Positions 32,820 through 39,404 of a DNA stretch of 39,404 bases are shown piece by piece. Made by a program: the position numbers and the translations under genes. The stretch comes from a virus. The notes below the pieces were generated by a model. The model saw only the letters and a list, made by a program, of their open reading frames with translations. It made no database searches and had not been told where the DNA came from. The stretch lies in IMG/VR virus record IMGVR_UViG_3300029415_000008; one strand, 5' to 3'. The stretch's first letter is position 1. Each line of letters opens with the position of its first letter.

Positions 32820-33163
32820 TCCACCTCCTGCGTCCAGAACTCACGGCGGCACTCGTTGCAATTCTCCATAGGGTTAGCACACTCACCGTCCTCGTCCCTC
32901 TGATTCTCCGTAATGTTTGCGGGGCAAATGCAGGGGATGCCGTTTTTATCCACTCGTGCCTCCGGCCACTGCTCCAGAAACACGCTCTGCCGCGTCTTGA
33001 CTGGGTGTGCAGCAGACCACTCCTCGACGATCTGAACAAGCCTTTCGGCGTCATTCACCTCCCCTATTGTGCCGCATATCACACCATGCGCAGGGCACTC
33101 GGCACACCAACAAAAATGCTTACACATCCGGTTTCGCTCCCGGATAAACTCCACAGCATCCAT
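32816..33163 (-). CDS. Cys-rich hypothetical protein (CKHFCWCAECPAHG ... CICPAN ... CNEC)
   Basis: 115 aa from the ATG at 33163 (AAGGAG RBS). Confidence 0.6.
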   Translation of the reverse strand: MDAVEFIRERNRMCKHFCWCAECPAHGVICGTIGEVNDAERLVQIVEEWSAAHPVKTRQSVFLEQWPEARVDKNGIPCICPANITENQRDEDGECANPMENCNECRREFWTQEVE

Positions 33164-33165
33164 GT

Positions 33166-33369
33166 CTATACTCCTTCCTGCCCCGCCTCCGGGGCATCCC
33201 CTCTTGCCATCTGCCAGCACCGGCGGAACCACACCATCCACGCTGCGCAGCCGGGCCATTGCTGCCCGCCCATCCTCTGGCTGCAGCTGCCCAGATCTTT
33301 CGATCGCTTCCGGCAGGCCTCACAGGGGCATTCCGGCAGCCGGTAGGGCTCTCCTTTTCTTATCCCCAT
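33166..33369 (-). CDS. Possible 67-aa Cys/Trp-rich ORF filling a gap
   Basis: It fits exactly between neighbouring genes, but its composition is odd. Confidence 0.3.
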   Translation of the reverse strand: MGIRKGEPYRLPECPCEACRKRSKDLGSCSQRMGGQQWPGCAAWMVWFRRCWQMARGDAPEAGQEGV

Positions 33370-33575
33370 TCTACCGTCACCGATCCTTTCTCCGGCATCA
33401 GCAGCCGAAGATGCGACAGGATCGCCTCTCGGTCGCCGTCAAGCTCCAGACGTACGCACAGCAGTACTGTCTGCTTTTTCGGGGTCTCCTCCGGTGCTGC
33501 GTCCTCCTTATGGGCGATTTCTTGGCGTGCGGTCTCCCCGTTGCGCCATAAGTCCAGATTCCGCTCCCACAGCAC
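33360..33575 (-). CDS. ORF that is probably the out-of-frame C-terminal continuation of the 33508-33924 gene
   Basis: Its frame opens right after a G8 tract (minus strand, 33586-33593). The only start is a GTG, and the composition is coding-like. Confidence 0.45.
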   Translation of the reverse strand: MLWERNLDLWRNGETARQEIAHKEDAAPEETPKKQTVLLCVRLELDGDREAILSHLRLLMPEKGSVTVEWG

Positions 33576-33924
33576 CCGGTCTCCGCCCCCCCCTCGGAAA
33601 CGCTACCCCGTGACGTTTCCCTGCTTGCCGGACTGTCTCCAAGTTTACACCCATGGCTGCCGCCAGCCACGCTGCCGTCGCTCCGCAGCCCCGCATATTT
33701 GTCAGGTACTCCTTTTGCAGATCTCCGGGCATCTGCTTGTATGTCCCCCACGGCGTGACCCGCTTGGTGTTCCAGCTTCTCACCTCGCTGTTTAACGCCT
33801 CCCGCTCTTTTTTCGTCAGGCAGTCGCTGGGGAATCTCGCCCGCCGCCCGCCGCCGACCACCTTGTGTCTGGCCGAGTTCCCGATCTGTTTCTTCTCCCG
33901 GATGTCCTTGTCAAACTCCGTCAT
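33508..33924 (-). CDS. Hypothetical protein with a C-terminal HTH-like segment, interrupted after the G8 tract
   Basis: ATG at 33924 with a GGGAGGAAG RBS. The tail after the G8 tract is Arg/Gly-rich nonsense-like sequence. Confidence 0.55.
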   Translation of the reverse strand: MTEFDKDIREKKQIGNSARHKVVGGGRRARFPSDCLTKKEREALNSEVRSWNTKRVTPWGTYKQMPGDLQKEYLTNMRGCGATAAWLAAAMGVNLETVRQAGKRHGVAFPRGGRRPGAVGAESGLMAQRGDRTPRNRP

Positions 33925-34156
33925 TTCCTTCTTCCTCCCGTCTTGCATATTTCCCGTCCACGGCCTCGCACAGCGGACACAGCCAGTATTCCCCGGCGCA
34001 GTATCGGGTGATCTGCCGCCGCAGCGCCTCACGGGACGGCATCCAGTTCACCACCGGCTCGTCCGCCAGCACCCCCTCGCACACAATGCGCTGGGAGCCG
34101 TTGTCTGTCCTGTAATAGGGGCATCGCACGTGTACCTTTGCGTGTCCTCCGGCCAT
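33911..34156 (-). CDS. 81-aa Cys-rich protein (RCPYY...VCEG...YCAGEYWLCPLC)
   Basis: Recurrent type of small phage protein. Confidence 0.6.
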   Translation of the reverse strand: MAGGHAKVHVRCPYYRTDNGSQRIVCEGVLADEPVVNWMPSREALRRQITRYCAGEYWLCPLCEAVDGKYARREEEGNDGV

Positions 34157-34160
34157 ACTC

Positions 34161-34829
34161 TCACCATCCCATGTACTTTTCCATCTGCCGGTCTGTCAGA
34201 GCCTGTGCAAGACCCTTTTGGGGCGGCGCAAAGGCTTCCGTCCTGCTCCACCGCTCCCACGTCTCTGCATTTCGGCAAGCCGCTTTCCAGTCTTTCATGG
34301 GGGTCTTGCCGACCATCCACCCTTTCGATGCGTAGAAATCGATAAAGCCCTGCGGATCTACGGGTGACTGGCGTTCAGCCACATAGGACTGCACCTCTGC
34401 CAGCGTGGGCGGAACAAGACGCTTGGAGGCTGAGGGGGGAGGGGGGGAGCAATAACTATCGTTCTCACTCTCTTTCTCTCTCTCTTTCTCTTTCTCCTTG
34501 CGGGTTTGTTCCGGTTTGTCGTCGGTTTGTTTTCGTCTGTTGTCGGTTTGTTTTCGTTTGTTTTCCATTTGTTCTCGTTTGTTGCTGTCTTGTTCGGCGG
34601 AGAGAGGCGTTTGTTCCGCCCGGCTGCGGTTTTCCGCCTTGCTGCGGCCCACCTCCAGCGTGGGCCGGATCAGGGTGAAAATGGCCCTCGCCACGCCGGA
34701 TAGCTCCGGCTCCTCTCCGTCCAGTGCATAGGCGCATACCGCCAGCACGATGGCTCGAAACTCCTCCGCCGGAAGCTCCTTCAGTGCGTCGTAGTAGCTC
34801 CGGTACCAAGTAAATTGCTTTCGCTCCAT
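34161..34829 (-). CDS. Replisome organizer / DnaD-like replication initiation protein
   Basis: 222 aa. N-terminal FTWYRSYYDALKELP..EFRAIVLAVCAYAL and C-terminal FIDFYASKGWMVGKTPMKDWKAACRNAETWE. Confidence 0.7.
   Translation of the reverse strand: MERKQFTWYRSYYDALKELPAEEFRAIVLAVCAYALDGEEPELSGVARAIFTLIRPTLEVGRSKAENRSRAEQTPLSAEQDSNKREQMENKRKQTDNRRKQTDDKPEQTRKEKEKEREKESENDSYCSPPPPSASKRLVPPTLAEVQSYVAERQSPVDPQGFIDFYASKGWMVGKTPMKDWKAACRNAETWERWSRTEAFAPPQKGLAQALTDRQMEKYMGW
34500..34595. repeat. Phased GTTTGTT repeats (about 8 copies spaced 10-11 bp, including a 21-nt duplication) inside the replisome organizer gene
   Basis: Read directly from the sequence. They encode the KQTDNRRKQTDDK low-complexity linker. 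Confidence 0.7.
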
Positions 34830-34844
34830 CCCACGGCCCTCCCG

Positions 34845-35246
34845 TTAAAAGGGCAGATCGCCGTCGTCCTCGACCTCCTGAAAGTCATCCGCCGACACAT
34901 CCACGCCCCGTCCGGTGGTCTCCTCCCGCTTGCTGTCGGCAAAGTACAGGCTGTCAGCCAGCACCTCCATGCTGCGCCGCTTGTTTCCGTCCTTGTCCTC
35001 CCAACTGCGGCCCTGCAGGGACCCGGTCACCGCCGCCATCCGGCCCTTGTCCAGATACTTGGCGGCAAATTCCGCCGCGTGCCGCCATGCCACCACATCG
35101 ATGAAATCGGTCTCCCTTTCGCCGCTCTGGGACTTATAGTCCCGCTCCACAGCCAAAGAGAAACTGGTGACCGCCACGCCGCTCTGGGTGCGCCGCAGCT
35201 CCGGCTTTCTGGTCAGCCGCCCCATAAGCACGATCCTGTTCAGCAT
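34845..35246 (-). CDS. ssb: Single-stranded DNA-binding protein
   Basis: 133 aa. OB-fold N-terminus MLNRIVLMGRLTRKPELR and acidic tail ending DDGDLPF. Confidence 0.95.
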   Translation of the reverse strand: MLNRIVLMGRLTRKPELRRTQSGVAVTSFSLAVERDYKSQSGERETDFIDVVAWRHAAEFAAKYLDKGRMAAVTGSLQGRSWEDKDGNKRRSMEVLADSLYFADSKREETTGRGVDVSADDFQEVEDDGDLPF

Positions 35247-35428
35247 ACTGCCACCTCCAGTCCGTCGGCAAACAGTTTCAGCTCCTCCGGCCGAAAGTAC
35301 ACACGGGGGTTCCCCGCCTCGATCCGGTAGCCGTTCAGCTTCCCGCTGCGCCGCAGATCGTCCAGCGTGTCCTCGCTGATGGAGAGCAGCCTCGCCGCCT
35401 CTCTCTTTGTGTAAAGCAATTTGTCCAT
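35240..35428 (-). CDS. Small HTH DNA-binding protein (excisionase/AlpA-like)
   Basis: 62 aa. Motif LYTKREAARLLSISEDTLDDLRRSG. AAGGAGG RBS. Confidence 0.65.
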   Translation of the reverse strand: MDKLLYTKREAARLLSISEDTLDDLRRSGKLNGYRIEAGNPRVYFRPEELKLFADGLEVAVC

Positions 35429-35440
35429 TCCTGCATCCTC

Positions 35441-35517
35441 CTTGTTGTGTTCGTTGTTATAGCGTTGATATAGCGTTGTTATAGCGTTGTTATGGCGTTG
35501 TTATAGCGTTGTTATAG
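35441..35517. repeat. Tandem 11-bp repeat CGTTGTTATAG, six good copies plus one degenerate copy
   Basis: Read directly from the sequence. It is intergenic, between the C5-MTase stop and the HTH gene start. Confidence 0.9.
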
Positions 35518-35533
35518 CAGTTCCACTGCGCTG

Positions 35534-36235
35534 TCACAAATCTGACAGGTACTCGATTTTCTTTGCTTCGCAGATTTCTACAATGTGCTGGCACAGGGCG
35601 GGAGGAATTTTTGACCTTTCCATACTGTTCTTCAGCGCACTTGTTCCACCACGGGGAAGGATGATACCCATTTGCTTTGCCTTCCTGATGGTTGCCCCTC
35701 TTGGGCTTCTTTCGTGGCATGGCTCACCGTTTTTGCAAATCGGCTTAAACTGCGGATCAGGATGGTTTGTCCAGATGTCAGTTGGCTTCATTCTTGTGTC
35801 ACCATACTGGCAGTATGTAACCGTATAACGGGGAAGCCCCTGCATCCACGTCATCTTCCTCATACCGCCACGGGGATTTTCGATGAAATAAAACTTCGGT
35901 TTCAGCTCACGGATAAGCTGTAAAACATGTTGATCGACAGCATCACAGAATCTTGCATAATCGCTGACAGGATCAAGATTGCCGGTAACGGCGTTCTTGC
36001 GCCTGTGATGGCTGATTGCCGCAATGCTGAATGTCGTGCAGTCCGGGCTTGCCCATATAACATCCGGTCTACCGAACCGCTGAATGATATCATCAGCCGT
36101 GACCGTCATGATGTCTGCATACAGGTCAATGTTTTCAAAGTGCTTGTCCCACTCGACAGAAAACACTTCGTGACCGTGGGCTTCAAAGGCTTTGCCGATG
36201 CTTCGCGTCCCGGCGAAAAGTTCAAGAACCTTCAT
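35534..36235 (-). CDS. DNA (cytosine-5) methyltransferase, short phage type
   Basis: 233 aa from the ATG at 36235. Motifs VLELFAGTRSIG (I), WASPDCTTFS (IV-like) and FIENPRG (VI). Confidence 0.65.
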   Translation of the reverse strand: MKVLELFAGTRSIGKAFEAHGHEVFSVEWDKHFENIDLYADIMTVTADDIIQRFGRPDVIWASPDCTTFSIAAISHHRRKNAVTGNLDPVSDYARFCDAVDQHVLQLIRELKPKFYFIENPRGGMRKMTWMQGLPRYTVTYCQYGDTRMKPTDIWTNHPDPQFKPICKNGEPCHERSPRGATIRKAKQMGIILPRGGTSALKNSMERSKIPPALCQHIVEICEAKKIEYLSDL

Positions 36236-36314
36236 TCTATGTAATCCTCCGTACATTTCTTGTGGTTTGCTTCAAGGCAGTCCGTGCAAATAAGTTCGCC
36301 GTTCAGCTGCGCTG

Positions 36315-36593
36315 TCACAGATAGGACTTCCCGAACTCCCGCCGGAAGTCCTCCTCCGTCCAGTGCTGCTCCTCCATGGCCTTTAACTGTCCGTAGCGCT
36401 TCAGGCGCTGCATCTGCCCTGCGCTCTGGTGTACGGCGCTGGGTGCGAAGATGTGGCACCTCCTGTGGCACAAATACACCACCAGCCCGTACTGCTCGCT
36501 CTTCTTGCGGTACGCCCCGCCGAAGATGTGGTGCCGGTCCAGCGGATCCTCCGACCCGTTTCGCCCGCACAAAAAGCATCGTCTATCATCCAA
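36315..36593 (-). CDS. Small HNH/zinc-finger-like protein (CFLCG...DRHHIFGG...LCHRRCH)
   Basis: 92 aa, located within the recombination module. Confidence 0.5.
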   Translation of the reverse strand: MDDRRCFLCGRNGSEDPLDRHHIFGGAYRKKSEQYGLVVYLCHRRCHIFAPSAVHQSAGQMQRLKRYGQLKAMEEQHWTEEDFRREFGKSYL

Positions 36594-37131
36594 TGGGCTG
36601 CGCCTCCCCCCATTGGGATTTCAGCGCCGCCAGCTGCTGTGGGGTCATGGTCTCGATCCCCGCCTCCCGGCAGTCCTCCACCACCCGGTCAATGAGCCTT
36701 GCCATCTGTTCCGTGTCGTAGGTGGAGGAGCCGTACCACAGCGTCACGTTGGCGCAACCGGGGAGCTTGCTGGGCTCCTTTTCCGCCATCCATCCCAGCC
36801 CCCGTCCGCTCCACCGGCGCATCAGATTGTCCGCCGCCTTTTCCTGCACGCATACGATGTCGCTGACCCCGGCTATCTTCCGGATCTCCTCCTGATAGAT
36901 GCCCTCCTTGGTGGCCCCGTAGTGCGCCGCCAGCTTGTCCATCAGCACCCAGCAGTAAGCGTTGGCATCGAGGCTCCGGCCCTTCCGCCGCAGCACCGCC
37001 CGGTACTCCTTCCCCGGCTGCAGCTCGTCCACCACGTCCATGGCGGAAAGCGCCGTCGGCACCCGCAGGCACAGCCAGTCTCCCGCCCCATCCTGCATCC
37101 ATTTGGCCTCCAGCACGCTGACCTCCGTCAT
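36586..37131 (-). CDS. NinB/Orf-like recombination mediator
   Basis: 181 aa from the ATG at 37131 (ATGA coupling). RSLDANAYCWVLMDKL and SSTYDTEQMARLIDRVVEDCREAGIET parallel lambda NinB motifs. Confidence 0.6.
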   Translation of the reverse strand: MTEVSVLEAKWMQDGAGDWLCLRVPTALSAMDVVDELQPGKEYRAVLRRKGRSLDANAYCWVLMDKLAAHYGATKEGIYQEEIRKIAGVSDIVCVQEKAADNLMRRWSGRGLGWMAEKEPSKLPGCANVTLWYGSSTYDTEQMARLIDRVVEDCREAGIETMTPQQLAALKSQWGEAQPIG

Positions 37132-37706
37132 GGCTGCACCGCCTCCTCTCTGGGCCATTGCCCCGTTTTCAGGCACTTTGCCAAGTGCCGCAGCCTCGGC
37201 AGATACGCCCTCTCCACCCATTCCTCGTCATAGGGGATGGGATGGAAGCTCATGCGCCCCATGTCGATGGGGAGGAAATAGTTCTGGATCTCCGCCTCCG
37301 TCATCCGGTAGGCTGCAATGCGGCACTCCTTCCGCCGCCGCAGCCCCCATCCGCTTGCCAGCATCTCCACCTGACACTGCTGCCAGTATGCCTTGCTCAC
37401 CCGGAATTCCGCCTTGCTGTGGGTCTTGACCTCCGTGATGATCCGGGCATCCTCTCCGTCGTAGTTCACCCGCAGCCGCAGCCCGTGGATGCGTACCTGC
37501 CGGTCTCTGGTGCGGATGCCCAGCGCATCCAGGATCTTCCCCTCATAGGCCGTTCCCGCCTGCATGGCCGGGGTGGTGAAGGTCTCCTGCCGGATGCCCA
37601 GCTTCACGCTCCACCATTTCCGGAAGGTCTCCGTGTCCCACCGGCCCATGACCTTGGACGTGTCCGAGGCTCCGATCCAGCCGCTGCGGTCGTGGTCGTG
37701 GATCAC
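37128..37706 (-). CDS. YqaJ/lambda-exonuclease-like PD-(D/E)xK recombination exonuclease
   Basis: 192 aa. Motifs RSGWIGASDTSKVMG and EVKT. Confidence 0.75.
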   Translation of the reverse strand: MIHDHDRSGWIGASDTSKVMGRWDTETFRKWWSVKLGIRQETFTTPAMQAGTAYEGKILDALGIRTRDRQVRIHGLRLRVNYDGEDARIITEVKTHSKAEFRVSKAYWQQCQVEMLASGWGLRRRKECRIAAYRMTEAEIQNYFLPIDMGRMSFHPIPYDEEWVERAYLPRLRHLAKCLKTGQWPREEAVQP

Positions 37707-38347
37707 AGGCGGCTCACCGCCTTCTCAAGGCTCCCCAGCTTGTCGAACCACCCCATCATGGTCGCCATCTGCTTGTCGTTGATGCCCAGCTGCGCCAGCA
37801 GATCCCGGTGGGAAAGTCCCCCCTGCTCCTTGCTGGTGATCAGCCGCTCCAGCCGCTCCTTCACGGCGTAGATGCTGTGCCTCGACAGATCCTCCTCCCC
37901 GTCGTCGCCGTCCCCGGCGGCCCACAGGTCAAAGCCCAGCCCTGTCCGCACCGCCACGCCTTTGACAAAGGCTCTGGCCAGCGCATTGTTGATCCGCAGC
38001 TGGTTCAGCGTGTCCTCATACACCACCAGCGACCCATTCAGCAGCGGCATGTCGTAGGAAAAGACGTTCTCGTCAATGTGGATCTCCACCGACACGAACC
38101 AGCACTCCGTCACTCTCCCCTTGCTGGTGGTCACCTTGGCCTGTGGCCACAGGTAGCTGTTGGTCTCCGGGCAGCGCCGGGGAGCGTACCAAACGCTCTC
38201 CGCTCCGTTCTCGTGCAGCAGCTTCACGCAGTTGGCCCAGCCCAGATAAGGCACCTTCACCGTGTTCCCCCGCTCGTCCTTGGCGTCCCGAAAACCGCAC
38301 AGGGGCCGCACGTCCAACTTCACCAGTTCGTTAAAAGGCTTCAGCAT
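37703..38347 (-). CDS. Single-strand annealing protein, Rad52/Sak (DUF1071-like)
   Basis: 214 aa from the ATG at 38347 (GGAGAAGGAG RBS). Motif VKVPYLGWANCVKLLHENGA. Confidence 0.6.
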   Translation of the reverse strand: MLKPFNELVKLDVRPLCGFRDAKDERGNTVKVPYLGWANCVKLLHENGAESVWYAPRRCPETNSYLWPQAKVTTSKGRVTECWFVSVEIHIDENVFSYDMPLLNGSLVVYEDTLNQLRINNALARAFVKGVAVRTGLGFDLWAAGDGDDGEEDLSRHSIYAVKERLERLITSKEQGGLSHRDLLAQLGINDKQMATMMGWFDKLGSLEKAVSRL

Positions 38348-38679
38348 TTCTCCTTCTCCTCCTTCTTGTCCTCTTCCATTACGTCCATCAGGCTGTTTCC
38401 ATCCAGCAGCTGGTCGATCACCTCCATCTCCGTCCGCCCGAAACCCGCCTTCATCAGCCACCGGAACCGCCTCCGGGTGTTCTCCCGGCACGTCCCGCAG
38501 GCCGCATCGTTCTTCCAGCGCCACCCGCTGCAAAGGGGGCAGGGCCTCGCCTCCAGCTCCGAAAGCGGCCCCAGCGCCTCGCCGCACCGTGGGCAGCTCA
38601 ACCCGTGGTAGCCCACGTCCTTTTCCTCCTCCACCGTCGGCTCGTCAAACACCTCGCCGCAGTACTGACACAAAAACAT
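38341..38679 (-). CDS. Zinc-ribbon protein (CQYCG...CPRCG...CPLC...CGTC)
   Basis: 112 aa, GAGGAGG RBS. Confidence 0.65.
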   Translation of the reverse strand: MFLCQYCGEVFDEPTVEEEKDVGYHGLSCPRCGEALGPLSELEARPCPLCSGWRWKNDAACGTCRENTRRRFRWLMKAGFGRTEMEVIDQLLDGNSLMDVMEEDKKEEKEKC

Positions 38680-38875
38680 CCTCTTCTTCCTCCTCGTCGC
38701 TTAGATCTACGTATTCATAGGGGCCGCTTGTCCTCTGCCCCCGGTACACGGCCTCCATGGCCCGCCGAACCGTTCCATAGCTGCGCCCGATCAGCGCCGC
38801 CAGCTCTCCCATGCTGTCCGCCTGCGCCACCGGAAGCCGATACCTGTCCTTCGTCACATAGCGGTATACCCGCAT
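38645..38875 (-). CDS. 76-aa HTH-like protein (SMGELAALIGRSYGTVRRAMEAV) with an acidic tail
   Basis: Internal ATG at 38875 with an AAGGAGG RBS. The longer ORF-track version is an Arg-rich artefact. Confidence 0.6.
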   Translation of the reverse strand: MRVYRYVTKDRYRLPVAQADSMGELAALIGRSYGTVRRAMEAVYRGQRTSGPYEYVDLSDEEEEEDVFVSVLRRGV

Positions 38876-39075
38876 TTCTTCCGTCGCCTCCTTGGCTGAT
38901 AGCTCCGGCACTTGCCCTCCTCGTCCCACAGGGGCCGGGGCTTGCACTTGCCTACCATCTCTGCGTAGTTGCAGTCCCACATCCGGTTCGACCCGGTCAT
39001 TCCGTACCGGCACTTCCGGCATCTGCTCCAGTCCTTCAAGCCTCCACCATCTCCCCGTTTTTGAGCGTGTACCAC
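38854..39075 (-). CDS. Possible small Cys-rich protein (CRKCRYG...WDCNY...KCKPRPLWDEEGKC)
   Basis: The start is uncertain (GTG at 39075, TTG, or ATG at 39000). RBS candidates are weak. Confidence 0.35.
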   Translation of the reverse strand: MVHAQKRGDGGGLKDWSRCRKCRYGMTGSNRMWDCNYAEMVGKCKPRPLWDEEGKCRSYQPRRRRKKCGYTAM

Positions 39076-39404
39076 GTGTCCGCCTTGATGGTATCACCGT
39101 CCACCTTCGCAATTTTGGCATCAATGATGTTGCCATCATCGTCACGCTCGGAAACAACGACCCAGTTGCCCACAGCGCCTCTTGCAAGGCTATCTTGGCC
39201 CCATGCCACGGCAAGGCACTGTTCGCCTAATGCAGACGCTTTTCCATCCGGGCCGGTTACGGAAGCTGTGCCACTCACACCCGATGCGGCGGCGTTGCCA
39301 CTCACACCCGATGCGGCGGCGTTGCCTCTCTCGCCCGATGCGGCGGCGTTGCCGTTCAAGCCCGATGCGGCGGCGTTGCCGCTCTCGCCCGATGCGGCGG
39401 CGTT
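39036..39404 (-). CDS. 3' (C-terminal) part of the junction-spanning repeat protein (GNAAASGxx repeats, then ...GNWVVVSERDDDGNIIDAKIAKVDGDTIKADTWYTLKNGEMVEA)
   Basis: The frame is open to the window end. The codon phase at 39404 matches the phase at position 4. Confidence 0.7.
   Translation of the reverse strand, partial: NAAASGESGNAAASGLNGNAAASGERGNAAASGVSGNAAASGVSGTASVTGPDGKASALGEQCLAVAWGQDSLARGAVGNWVVVSERDDDGNIIDAKIAKVDGDTIKADTWYTLKNGEMVEA
39270..39404. repeat. 27-nt tandem repeat, five copies, continuous with 1-77
   Basis: Read directly from the sequence. Confidence 0.9.

Noticed and set aside
33120-33323. 67-aa minus-strand ORF, an alternative to 33166-33369 in the gap between genes
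   Set aside because: It is Gly/Ala/Arg/Trp-rich with no RBS and overlaps the RBS-supported start at 33163. Even the preferred alternative is only low confidence.
35441-35517. Possible CRISPR array (also considered for the 27-nt repeats at the window ends)
   Set aside because: The repeats are directly adjacent with no spacers. The units are 11 nt (or 27 nt and in-frame coding), and no cas genes are present.
37703-38587. Long N-terminal extensions given by the ORF track for many genes (for example 37703-38587, 36586-37221, 31308-32033, 30320-30919, 29004-29441, 38645-39214, 9161-9598)
   Set aside because: The extensions overlap upstream genes and are Arg/Gly/Ala-rich. In each case an internal ATG preceded by a strong GGAGG-type RBS sits at or near the upstream stop codon, so the shorter forms were annotated.
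39374-39404. The 31-nt identity between the window ends, considered as a true phage direct terminal repeat or cos end
   Set aside because: The identity lies inside an in-frame coding tandem repeat, which by itself produces such matches. It is more consistent with an assembly or circularisation cut than with a packaging terminus.

Overview
The window looks like one complete, circularly permuted genome (about 39.4 kb) of a temperate siphovirus-type phage. The host is probably a fairly GC-rich Firmicute/Clostridia bacterium, but that is inference. The two window ends overlap by 4 or 31 nt inside a 27-nt tandem repeat. The 5' part of one minus-strand gene lies at 1-403 and its 3' part at 39036-39404, so no host flank is visible.

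Only the lysogeny module is on the + strand (about 1644-4338): CI-like XRE repressor, a small moron, a membrane-anchored XRE protein and a tyrosine integrase. It is followed by an attP built on a tRNA 3' fragment.

Everything else runs on the - strand, read from high to low coordinates with wrap-around:
- Cro-like early operon (1056 down to 1, then 39404 downward).
- Recombination module: Rad52/Sak-like annealing protein, YqaJ-like exonuclease, NinB-like protein, HNH-like protein.
- C5 methyltransferase, an 11-bp iteron array, SSB and a replisome organizer with internal phased repeats.
- A long run of small Cys-rich ORFs mixed with nucleic-acid modification or anti-restriction genes: Dam-like MTase, Lar-like protein, a third MTase, a GNAT/XF1762-like protein, ASCH and DUF5664.
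- A late regulator.
- A roughly 700-nt non-coding, highly structured region that contains an aberrant 93-nt tRNA-like gene.
- TerS, an extra ORF, TerL, portal, a MuF protein with a C-terminal PD-ExK nuclease-like domain, gp10-like protein, scaffold, major capsid protein, connectors, major tail protein and tail chaperone (candidate -1 frameshift).
- An inverted + strand PH-domain moron.
- TMP, Dit, Tal, tail fiber, a BspA-type LRR protein, holin and amidase endolysin.
- A terminator-insulated cargo operon of low-complexity proteins next to attP.

All functional calls rest on motif recognition in the translated ORFs. No database search was possible.
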